DNA of 64,000 nucleotides from Antechinus flavipes (taxonomy: Eukaryota). Where the stretch lies: assembly GCF_016432865.1 (NCBI RefSeq), contig NC_067400.1:73656001-73720000 (forward strand). The letters are read 5' to 3'. Below, piece after piece: positions 1 through 11,468 of this stretch. The position numbers and the translations under genes are program-made. The notes under the pieces were generated by a model that ran no database searches, was not told the DNA's origin, and saw only the letters and a program-made list of their open reading frames with translations. The number at the start of each line of letters is the position of its first letter. The first letter of the stretch is position 1.

Positions 1-818
1 TTAGCCAGACAACAAGATTCTAAGAGTATTATCCTCAACAAATTAGGGTGTCAGTCTAACATCATTCCATTTTTTTCTTTTTTTAATCTATAAGAATATT
101 TAAAATGTGGGGGAGGAGAAAGGAAGATATGTCTTTTTATTTTTTTTTTCTTTTCAAGACACCTCTTGATCAGTTACTATATAAGAGGCAATGAGACAGG
201 TAAATTAAACTTGAAGATTTACATGAAAATTGCTCTATTTCCATTACTTTTGGTAAATGTTGGTTATAAGTTAATATATATATATATACACACACATGTA
301 TAGTCATATGTGTATATGAGATTTCTACACATGCATGTGTATATAATGTACATATATATGCATATATACGTTCTTTATACACAAATATTCTTTTACTTAT
401 TGCATTCCTCTCATTCCAGTGATTTATGGACAAATTTCAGGCAAGTTATAAATTTGGATGGGAAAAAATTATATTCTATATTTTCACTGATCTATAGCTA
501 AAATTTTTATTTATTTAAATTATGTTTTAAAAAAAATCTTTGCACTAAAAAGGTTAATAAATCCTCATATAGTAGACTGTAAGCTCATTAAGGGCAGAGA
601 CTATTTCTTTTGCTCATAATTAGGGCTAAATAAATATTCCATGAATTAAATAATAATAACTTACTGTCGTGTAATATTTTGCTTACAAACTGCCTTGCAC
701 ACGTATCATTTGATAATGTACATTTTATAAACCAAAAATAATCATATTGTTCTTATTGTTTTGATAACATCATATCTCCCCCCCCCAAAAAAAAAGCTAG
801 TGAACATATAATCATCTA

Positions 819-1367
<549 letters not shown>

Positions 1368-1457
1368 CTAATATATATTCAACACTGACATGCAATTTGA
1401 TCATATATATAATTTGTATCCTTCACACATGTGATAAAGCAATTCAGAGGCAGGAAT

Positions 1458-1680
1458 CATGCTGTTGTTCAGTTATTTCAGTTATGTCCAACTTTTTGTG
1501 ATCCCTTTGGCCAAAGATACTGGAGTCATTTGCCATTTCCTTCTCCTTCTCATTTACAAATTAGGAAATTGAGGAAAAGAGAGTTAAGTGATTTGTCAGG
1601 GTCACACACTATTAGGTGTCTGAGGCTAGAACTCAGGAACATTAGAGTCAAGAAGTCTCAAGGCCCAGGATACCAATTTA
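1458..1680 (-). mobile_element. MAR1-type marsupial SINE (CORE plus RTE/BovB-like tail)
   Basis: ttggccaaagatactggagt..tttgccatttccttctcc followed by a reversed CORE segment (gaggaaa..gttaagtgatttgtcagggtcacac). Confidence 0.8.
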
Positions 1681-1689
1681 CAATGTATT

Positions 1690-2063
1690 TTGCTCATCCC
1701 TCTCTGTCTGTATACCTCAAACATGGACTATTACTGTATTCTGGTCTATTGCCACTATGTATCTTGTTTCTCAAACAGCTTCATTCTCCAAATCACATCC
1801 AAATTAATCTTCCTAAAAGTCTACTATCATAATGACATTTCAATGCTCTAAAGTCATTAATGGCTCATTCTTACCTACACCAGTGATTTTTTTTAACAAT
1901 GAAAACTAGACACATCATATTTTAGTAAATGATACTCTTAGTAATTATTTATTTTATTAAGAAACTAAATGACAAGAAATTGCAATAATTTGTTAATACT
2001 TAAATGAATTTATATTTTACTTCAAAAAAATCTAAGTATATTTTCAAAAATTGTAACATATAT

Positions 2064-2102
<39 letters not shown>

Positions 2103-2530
2103 CCCACATACAAGAATACATTTATTATAGTAATCTACAAAAGAATATATGCCTATTTATCACATTGCCATTCTGTATGTTTGGTTGTAGCTAAATAAAG
2201 CTAAAAATGACAGTTTGGGTATAGATATAGATTTATGAAACCCTTACAATAATTCTACAGAGACAAAAAGGTCAATGAACAACAGACTTAGGTCCCCTGG
2301 CTTATAGGATAAAGGAAAAAAATTCTTAACCTGACATTCAAGGTCCATTTCAATCCATTTAGCAATCATCTGCTTCAGCCTCATTTCCTAGTAAAGCTTT
2401 TACAGAAGGCTCTCGACTTCAGCAAACTGATTGTTCAATATATGTATCACTATCTCCATGCTTTTGCTCATGTCCATGCTCCTTATAGAATCAAGTACCT
2501 TTCTTCACTTATCATCTATATCATAGTCAT
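1690..2530 (+). mobile_element. Fragmented L2 LINE relic interrupted by a TA microsatellite
   Basis: L2-like phrases (aattaatcttcctaaaa; ttcttaacctgacattcaaggtcc; cttttgctcatg); highly diverged. Confidence 0.5.
2058..2102. repeat. (TA)n/(TACA)n microsatellite
   Basis: Directly visible. Confidence 0.95.
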
Positions 2531-3896
2531 CATTAACATCAGGCCAAATCCTAAATTTATGACAACTCTCATCCTCTACAATGATATTCTCCCCTCTCCC
2601 TCTCCTTCCCTCTTTCTCATCTTCCCTCTCTCTCACTATCTCTCTTTCCTTCTACTCTATCCCATCCCTTCCTCCCAGTCCTATGCATGGCACTTCTATT
2701 AGCATACATTGGACACTTGTCAATTCCAATCAACAATTATTAACTAAACATCTGTTTTGTGTAAAACACCTTCCTGGTTTCCAGAGAAATAATTTTGCAT
2801 ATATCTTCAGGCATAAAAAGAAATAGCCTACTAAAACTATTTGCTTAGTAAAAAAAATTTTCATGGAAGCTGTTCAGATCAACTATACTTTATTCTAGAA
2901 AAATCTCTCAGGAAGCATGGAATTAAGCAAAACTTAAAATAACTGAAACAGTTCAGAATCTCAGCTATATTTATAGCTCCAATAAATTCTTTGGGTGGGA
3001 AGGATTGAGAAACTTGTTGAAAATATTTATTTGAAAATAATTTAATCCACAAATAGAAAATGAAATTTGATGTTCAATAATAGTAGACTATATAAAATGT
3101 TATGCTCTAGACAATAGTAATAATAAGAGAAGTAGAATTATTGGATGAGCCTTATAACTGCAATATAACCTTTTTAAAATTTTCACATTAGTGAATTCAT
3201 TTGAAAGCAGGTTTTTCCTTTAAGTAGGTGGCCCTAGGTAAAATTGTGAATTAGAGCAATATTGTTTTATTATATCCTGCATGGATTTTTTCCAATATGC
3301 CTCTCTCTTATGATATATTTCTTCATCTAATATGTACATCAATTCACCAGTTGGATGCTCTAGATTCATATTCTCTACCTCCATCAAAATCATATATGTT
3401 GGATAGAAAGTATTTTACAATTCTTGCAATTCATTTATATGAAAGTATAAATGATTACGAATTCAACATTTTTACTGACAAAGAAGATAATACTAAAGGT
3501 CCATTCAATGTGTACTGAAAAAATATCAGGCAAATTGAAGCAAATGCTAGAGTAATCTAAATCAAGAATCTGTACTATGGATTTTAAATTATAGGTGAAT
3601 GCTCTACTCTAATAGCAAAAAGAATTGGCTGACCCTTTCTGATCACCACCTCATGTCTCAGCTCTGGGAGCTGTTCAGCACATCTGTTCTATGCTAAACA
3701 GGAGCATTCCAAGGGCATGGTAGCCTGATCAACAAATATCTGTATGAACAATTAAATCCTCCCAAAATATTTTGCATGTTGCCATCTATGTACAATTGTT
3801 AACATTTGTGTGACATATGCTATAAAGTAATCCTCAAGATATTGCTATAATATTTAAAATGTGAATATTTATGAAAACTGGCAAGTACTGCTAGAA

Positions 3897-4088
3897 TAGC
3901 AGTTCTTAACCTTTTCTTGTGTGTCATAGACCCTTATTCTGGCAACTTAGTGAAGCCTATGGACTCATTCCCAGAACAATGGTTTTAAATCATAAAACAA
4001 AATAAATAGGATTACAAAGGAATTATGTTGACATAAAAATGTAATTTTCTTCCCACACAAGTTTACAGTCTTGAATTAAGAACCCTTA
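3897..4088 (+). mobile_element. hAT-Charlie non-autonomous element (Charlie4-like MITE), copy 1
   Basis: Terminal inverted repeats cagttcttaacc...aattaagaaccct; internal gtgaagcctatggac and ggattacaaagg shared with the other copies; ctag-like flanks. Confidence 0.7.
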
Positions 4089-4221
4089 CTCTACAAAGTC
4101 TTAGAAGATATTAGGTTGGTTTTTTTTATGGTATAAGGATTGAGGTTAGAGGTTATTCTTGTTTTCTTCTTAAGAAGTTATGTATTGTGAATATGTGTAC
4201 ACGTGTGTATATATACTTTAT

Positions 4222-4430
4222 CGTTCCATTCTTCAATCATGTACAATTTGTTGTGACCTTATGAACTACAGGACATTAATACCACCCATAGGATTTTCTT
4301 GGCAAAGATACTGGAGTGGTTTACCATTTCTTCTCCAGTAGATTAAGGTAAACAGATTAAGTGACTTGTCCAAGATCATACAATGTATAAGTATCTGAGA
4401 TTGGATGAACTGGTCTTCCTAACTCCAGAC
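4222..4430 (-). mobile_element. MAR1-type marsupial SINE
   Basis: ttttcttggcaaagatactggagtggtttaccatttcttctccag plus reversed CORE. Confidence 0.8.
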
Positions 4431-4501
4431 AAAGTGGAAAGAGACAGAGAGAAAGAGAGACAGAGAGACGTGAGAGAGCATTGCACACCTCTTCATTGTT
4501 A

Positions 4502-4768
<267 letters not shown>

Positions 4769-5639
4769 TTATGATTTCTTGGTCAAAGCTAAGGAATCTA
4801 TTTGTCTTTATGATGAAATATTCAGACATACAAAAGAGAGCTGCTCAAGTATATGTTCTGTGTGATTTAAGAGTCTACACTGAATCCTGGGGCAAGGTTC
4901 TCACATGGCATAGAGATAAGCAGGGTTTTTTTAATGCTATGATAGCAACTTTAGCCTAAAGTAGGAAGCTGTTAAACTCAAGAACTGCTGAAACTATAAG
5001 AAGAATATGATTATATGAATTTAGAGCTTAATTCCTAGAGAACACCTAGACCCACATTTTCATATTGTTAATAATGAAAGAGGCCCAGATCTATTCTATA
5101 ACTTCAAATATTCCCTGGAAAAAGATGATTACGTCTGAGGTCAACTTGGCTAAATTCGGAAACACTCATCATGACTTTAGCCAAAAGATGATAAAACTTT
5201 TTGGCCCCTTCAATTCTCAGAATCCTGCACTGTGGAGAGGTTGTAAATGGCCTTCATTGGAGAAAGTATCCTTATAGGAAAAAAAAATGTGGATCTTTGT
5301 AAATTTTTTAAAGTAAGCTAATTATAAAGAAATACATATATGTATGTATGTATGTGTGTGTGTATACCTGTCTTTCTATAGAAACATAAGAGAGAAATAG
5401 ATAATAGAAAGATAAAGATACATGCCTTCAAGTATAGACATGCTGCATGTCTGTTATCTAAAAGCTAGTTTAGTTATGTTGTAGAAGAATTGTTAGATAA
5501 TTTTTTGTTTTGTTTCTTTTGTTTATCCTAGCAATTCATGAAAATGTTTGCATAGAAGAAGAAGACTTTGCTGTTAACACAGGTAAAAGTAACTAGACTG
5601 ATGAAATTACAGATTATTTAAAAGTATTAAATTAAGAGC

Positions 5640-5763
5640 TTCTACAATAGAATGTATGCTCTTTAAGGGCAAAAACCATATCATTTGTGTATTTATATAT
5701 TCAGAACTTAGTTTAATGCCTGACCCATGATGGGAGTTTAATAAATGTTTGTTGACTGACTGA
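5640..5763 (+). mobile_element. L2 3' end
   Basis: tagaatgtatgctctttaagggca...ttaataaatgtttgttgactgactga. Confidence 0.7.
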
Positions 5764-6437
5764 TATAATAGGACATTTTTTTGAAGTATCAAAAAGTAGA
5801 TGGAAGATAACAATAATAAACCTCATTGAAAACACTGGTGTATGTGGTATAATCTGTAGTGCTAGAAGCTGAGGCTAAATGGACCATTTGATTCATGGAT
5901 ATTGAGCTATAGTAGAACTAAAGCCAAGTAAGTATCCAAAGTAAGTGGTGTCTAAACTAAGTCCAGCACAATATGGTGAGCCTCTAACACAGAGGGCAAA
6001 GGTGCCTAAGGGGCAGAGGGTATTATAAATTGGCCCAAGTCAGGAAGTGTAATAAGAAAATTTCAGTACTGATCAATATCAGGATCAGAACATGAATAAC
6101 TATTGAAATTCAGCCCAAATAAGATGACTTAGATGACTTATGATTAACAATAACGATGACAAAAAATAAAAACCTTCATTGACTTAGAAGTTAAATATGA
6201 AAATTTCCAAAGAAGGCTGGACAATCACTGGCCAGATATTTAATAATCAGAATTCTTTTTGTGTATGAGATGTGCTTTTTGGAAGCATTAAAAATATAAT
6301 TCTATAACATATAAATCTACATACACAAAATTAGATCTGCTCTGTCAACTGCTTTGGGCTTTTAGCCCCACTCTTGATATAAGAATGTAATCCAGGGCAA
6401 CTACTCTAGGCTTTTTTCATCAACAGCTTTAAGACTA

Positions 6438-6631
6438 GAACAGTTCTTAAGTTTTTTGTGTATCGTAGGCTCCTTTGGCAGCTTGATAAAGCCTACAAAC
6501 TCACAGAAAAAAAATGTTTTTAAATGCATAAAATAAAAAACACAGGACTTCCAAGAAAATCAATTATGTTGAAATACAGTTATCAATATATAAAAAATCT
6601 AAGTTCACATATCTCAGGTTAAAAACAATTG
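6438..6631 (+). mobile_element. hAT-Charlie MITE, copy 2
   Basis: cagttcttaag...tttggcagcttgataaagcct...tttttaaatgcataaaat...caggttaaaaac. Confidence 0.7.
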
Positions 6632-6747
6632 ATCTAGCTCTGATCCAAACTCTCTTATCTCTAAAATTTTGTAATTGTATCATTATGATTTTGCACATCT
6701 ACTATGGAATTCATAAATATATCATACATGAAATGAAATATGGAACA

Positions 6748-6750
<3 letters not shown>

Positions 6751-6808
<58 letters not shown>
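6751..6808. repeat. Perfect (TA)29 microsatellite
   Basis: Directly visible. Confidence 0.97.
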
Positions 6809-6809
<1 letters not shown>

Positions 6810-7434
6810 CTGACATTAAATGTTTGTTGAATGAATAATTGATTTAGGGACAGTATTCTTTTTCTCTTTGAAAAATCCCTTAACAACACAAAATAGTCAT
6901 TCATATCTCCTGAACTACTCAATTACCTCTGTCTCATTAATGAACATCTGGGGTAAACATTTGAAGGGCTTGACTCTACTATTATTCACAGGCAAAGAGC
7001 AAAAATTTGCATATAATTGCTTTCTGAGGGCATATATCTAACTATAATCTGGTTAGTATCTTTAAAGATGAATTGGTAAAGATACAGGAAAGTTATCTTC
7101 CTTAATCAGCCTATTCGAGTTATATATAACTATTTTGTCCCAAGTGGAATATAATCAAATGTTAAATGTGTATGTTATATCTATGAATTTCATAGTGGAT
7201 ATTCAAAATCATAATTTCCTTCTCCTTAATTTGAAAATAACTTCTTCAATATTGAAAAAAACTTGTAGGTAGGTACTCCCATCTCTGCCTTCGCAGATGG
7301 CAAGCAAACTCTGCACACTTAGCAGACAATTCCATTTTCTCTGCTATCAAATTAATTAAATTAATCATTAATTACTTAGTGGCCAACTTTCTGAATATCA
7401 ATAATACATTTAACTTCACCTTTCACGGTTTCTC

Positions 7435-7780
7435 TTAAACAATTGACAAGTATCTATCAAGTGTTACCATGTATCAGGCATGTGCCAGGGCTCTGGGGAA
7501 AACAGACCAAGGAATGAAACAATCCTTACAAACAAGGAGATAATATTCTAATGTAGGAGGTAAGTATATTTATAAGTATATAAAGAATAAATCAAGGAAA
7601 TACAACCAAATACAAAGTATACAAGATAATTTGTTGTTTGGTTAATAGGATATCAGGAAAGGTAGAAGATGCTACCTAAACTGTGTCTTAAAAGAAAGGA
7701 GACAGGTGAGGAGAAAGTATATTGCAGGCATGGGTAATGGCTAATGACATTTGTGAGAAACAGAGAAAGTCAGTTTTGCT
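7435..7780 (-). mobile_element. L2 3' fragment
   Basis: caagtatctatcaagtgttaccatgtatcaggcatgtgccaggg..., reversed L2 terminus. Confidence 0.55.
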
Positions 7781-8015
7781 ACGTTATTAAATAAAGGAGA
7801 GATTAGTTGGGACAAGGTGATGAAGGGCTTTAAATCATGCTCAATACAGCATGACAAAGATTTGCTCAATATCCTTTGAACAATGGGGAGAGGTTAAAAT
7901 AATTAATATAAATATTTTCATAACTTATCACCTTGCATAGTGTCTTGTGGGGTATGCAATAGACACTCATTAAATTAATATTACTGTTTCTCACAAAGTA
8001 TCAACCTTCTTATGA

Positions 8016-8262
8016 GCAGCTAAGTGATATAGTGATAGGCTATTGGGGCTTGGAATTAAGGCCCCAAGTTCAAATTCTGCTTCAAATACTTAATAGTAGT
8101 GTGACCATGGACAAATCACTTCACTATTTGTAGTCCTATTTCCTCATCTGCAAAATGGGAATATTAATAGCACTTATCTCACAAGGTCATTGTGAGGATC
8201 AAATGAGATAATATATTCAAAGCATTTTGCAAACCTGAAAGTACTATAGAAATATTAGCTAT
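8016..8262 (+). mobile_element. Near full-length MIR/CORE SINE
   Basis: tRNA-like head, aagttcaaat B-box, tttcctcatctgcaaaatggg CORE, gtgaggatcaaatgagataat tail. Confidence 0.8.
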
Positions 8263-8680
8263 AGATACAGATTCACTTTGAGGGAGAGGGTGGAAAAGGT
8301 TTATTTTTGTCTTATGGAGAAAAAATATATAAAATTAATCTTCAACAAGTTTCTTTTTTTATTAAATGATATGAAATTTCAACTAAAAATAATTAAGTAG
8401 TCCCCTTTACTTTGAGGATAAAAAGTAGTCACTGTGCTAGGATAAAAACTATTTCATACTTGTTATTTTAATAGTGTGCATAAAAGTCATATACCAATGG
8501 ATTTGGTGCAAAGGACAGGCTTAAAGAAGAGAAAGCCTAATATATTGGCCAAAACTCCCGAATGGAGCTGAGTTCCCAAATCAGGAACTAAAATAATAAT
8601 TTTAATAAATTGTTTAATAAAAATAATTTAGTTCCTAAACAGGAACTAAAATAGTTCCTATTCTTTGTCATCACATTTTA

Positions 8681-8773
<93 letters not shown>

Positions 8774-8939
8774 CTAAGGATGAAAAACCAAGTCATGATA
8801 AATGTACCCAGTAGCTCTCTCTCACAATTAATTATGGCTATTTCTATGTACATATCAGTTTGAATTAATTCAATAAGGAAAATAATTTGGATTCTGAAAA
8901 ACAACTACTCTAGTGGTTTATTTTTCCCCCATATTAGAC

Positions 8940-9370
8940 TGCAATTAGCAAACATTTATTAAGCACCTGCTAAATGGTATGTGCTATATATTAGGTGCTA
9001 GAGAATAAAAATACAAAGAATGAAAATCTCTAAACATACAATGATGACAGTATTGTGGAAGACAATAAATATACATATAAATACATACAAATAAATGCAA
9101 AATAATTAAGTAGAACATAGTTTGAAATGTAATTCAATAATGGAATCAGAAAAGGCTTCATGTAGAATATGGTCCTTGAACTAACCCTTGAAGGTAAAGG
9201 AGGGTTTTATTAAATCAGTGGAGGTGAAGAGCAAGAATATTCCCAGAATGGGATAAGGTCAACATTATTATGGAGTTCTGTGTGAGAAAAGAATAAAGGA
9301 GTGTTTGGCTGGATCACAGAATGCAGGAAAGGGTAAAACTGGAAAGATAGATCAGGATGGGCTGTGATAC
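8940..9370 (-). mobile_element. L2 3' fragment
   Basis: aacatttattaagcacctgct...ttaggtgctagagaat. Confidence 0.6.
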
Positions 9371-9679
9371 CACGTCTGGCGCTCTGTTCAGGGGATCTCT
9401 TTATATGCAACTTCTAGGTACCATAATGTATTCAGCATTTCAATAGCTTTGCTCATTTCTATAATATTGGACATATTTGGTTTCCTTGTTATAATATATC
9501 AGAAAGTCTGAGAAACTTAGTAGATATGTGTTAATGCAATTTACTGTTTGTTTTTCTCCCAAATAGTCTCATTTGGGAGACTATTATTAATTATTAAGAT
9601 TAATTGTTATTTCATCAACTTTTATTATTTCATTAAGATATTTTATTAAGATATTTCATCAACTTGGTCCAGTTTTTAA

Positions 9680-9692
9680 GGGACAAAGGTCA
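9680..9692 (+). promoter_or_regulatory. Candidate DR1 nuclear-receptor site (HNF4/PPAR-RXR type) GGGACAAAGGTCA
   Basis: Motif match only; one base from the classical acyl-CoA oxidase PPRE AGGACAAAGGTCA. Confidence 0.3.
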
Positions 9693-9938
9693 AAATTATG
9701 AATATATGATCACATCTGACTAGCATGTTTGCATTTTTACCACAAGCATCAATAGATACTTAAGGAGTGGACAGAGATTTGTTGGTTCACAGGATTTTGA
9801 GGTGTGTAAAGAAATGTGAAAGTCATTTGGTCCAATTTTCTCATTATTCAAATAAGTAATTAATGATCAATGATGAAGTGCCTATAATCACACAGATCCT
9901 TTAAAATAAAAGAAGCCAGGATTCAAAACTAGAACCTA

Positions 9939-10106
<168 letters not shown>

Positions 10107-11326
10107 TCAATTCATATTTCTTTGTTTTTTTGCTACTAATTCCAAGACAGGAAAAGAAACAAAAATGTTTCTTGTTAGAAAATGGCAGGGAAACTTATTG
10201 ACAATTTCTCCAAGTATATATTACTGCCTCAGCAAAAAATATTTGGAGAATATTAACACCCCCATAGATAAATAGGCTTTTATATGTGCAAGCACACCTC
10301 CCCCCACTACTATTGTGAAATTACTACAATTATCCTCCTCATGTGTAGCAAGTGATGATTATATCAACTGGTTATCAGCTAAACTTGCCCATCCAATGAC
10401 ATAAATGAGCTAGTTATATAATTTAACCAAAAGGTGTCCATAAATAAAGGTGTCTTTAGTGTAAAAACTAGAGCACTGCTTGGATATTGGTAGTCACTGA
10501 AGTAATAAAAAAACCAAAAGCCAAGATCAAAAGAGTTTATATCATGGAACATGTTTGGGAAGGACAGATAAATTCTTAGTTCAAAAAGCAGATATGTAGT
10601 CCCGTGCAGAAAAGAAAATGAGGCAGAATTCATCAAGTTTGTAAGAGCAAAGTAAAGAGAAAGAAAGATAATAAATGCTGAGTGAAAAATATTCAGCAGC
10701 TGGACTAGAGCCTAAGGGTATATATAGTCCCCCTGAGCCCACAATGGAACAGTCAATGATTTTTAAGGACAAAAACCAGCTGGTAGCACTTTAGTCAAGG
10801 TAGCCCTTAAACTAATGGCAAAAATTACAATGACATACCTAGGAAAGTTCTTGCATGATCATCATGAATACCAGATGAATTCATTATGCTCAGCCCTATC
10901 ACAATGAATACTAAATGAACCCATAATGATGGGACACTTAAAATAAAGTATTGCTCTGTAAAAAGTTACTATCAAGTGAGTTAAAAAATAGCTAACTATT
11001 GCAGGTCACTAACATCAGGTTTTTCAGGCCCCTCTCAGCAAAAGTATGGCATTTAGACAAAGATCAGGCAAAAAAAGACAAGAGCTCTTTTTTTCTTGTT
11101 TCTTCTTAAGGAAATGGCTGCTTTTAACTTTACCCTCTTTAAAGGTGCCATAAAATCATATTTTGTAGAACAAGGTTAATGACCATGGAGACTAATATAC
11201 AAGTATTTTCAGGCTTCAATCAGGGTCATATCTCAAGTAACCATTTCAAATGTTAACAAAAGCTCTTTTTAAAAGGTTTCTGCATTTTACCAGAAAAATA
11301 CTAGAAGAGAAAATAGCATTCTTTAC

Positions 11327-11468
11327 CTGTTTAACCCAAGGATGTATGTTTTTCTTTACCCTCAGCTCTCGGGTCTGGGCCTCAGTCAATCCAAGGCATT
11401 TTGAAATTTGCTTATCTGAGAATCCTATCTCTTTTGCCTTTTTCAGAATTTCCTCTGGAATGGAATCA
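11327..11468 (-). CDS. CPS1: CPS1 exon 22 (142 nt; [22 protein letters not shown]...HPWVKQ)
   Basis: tag|T acceptor, CAG|gtaaag donor; within ORF 11246..11584; GFSD motif. Confidence 0.98.

Noticed and set aside
1431-1832. 133-aa plus-strand ORF, the longest in the track
   Set aside because: Runs through a MAR1 SINE and an L2 relic; no recognisable protein
2588-2680. Polypyrimidine/polypurine tract (possible triplex)
   Set aside because: Imperfect, with no clear mirror symmetry; ordinary low-complexity sequence between L2 pieces
7361-7373. HNF1-like attaatcattaat
   Set aside because: AT-only motif in very AT-rich DNA, with no supporting context
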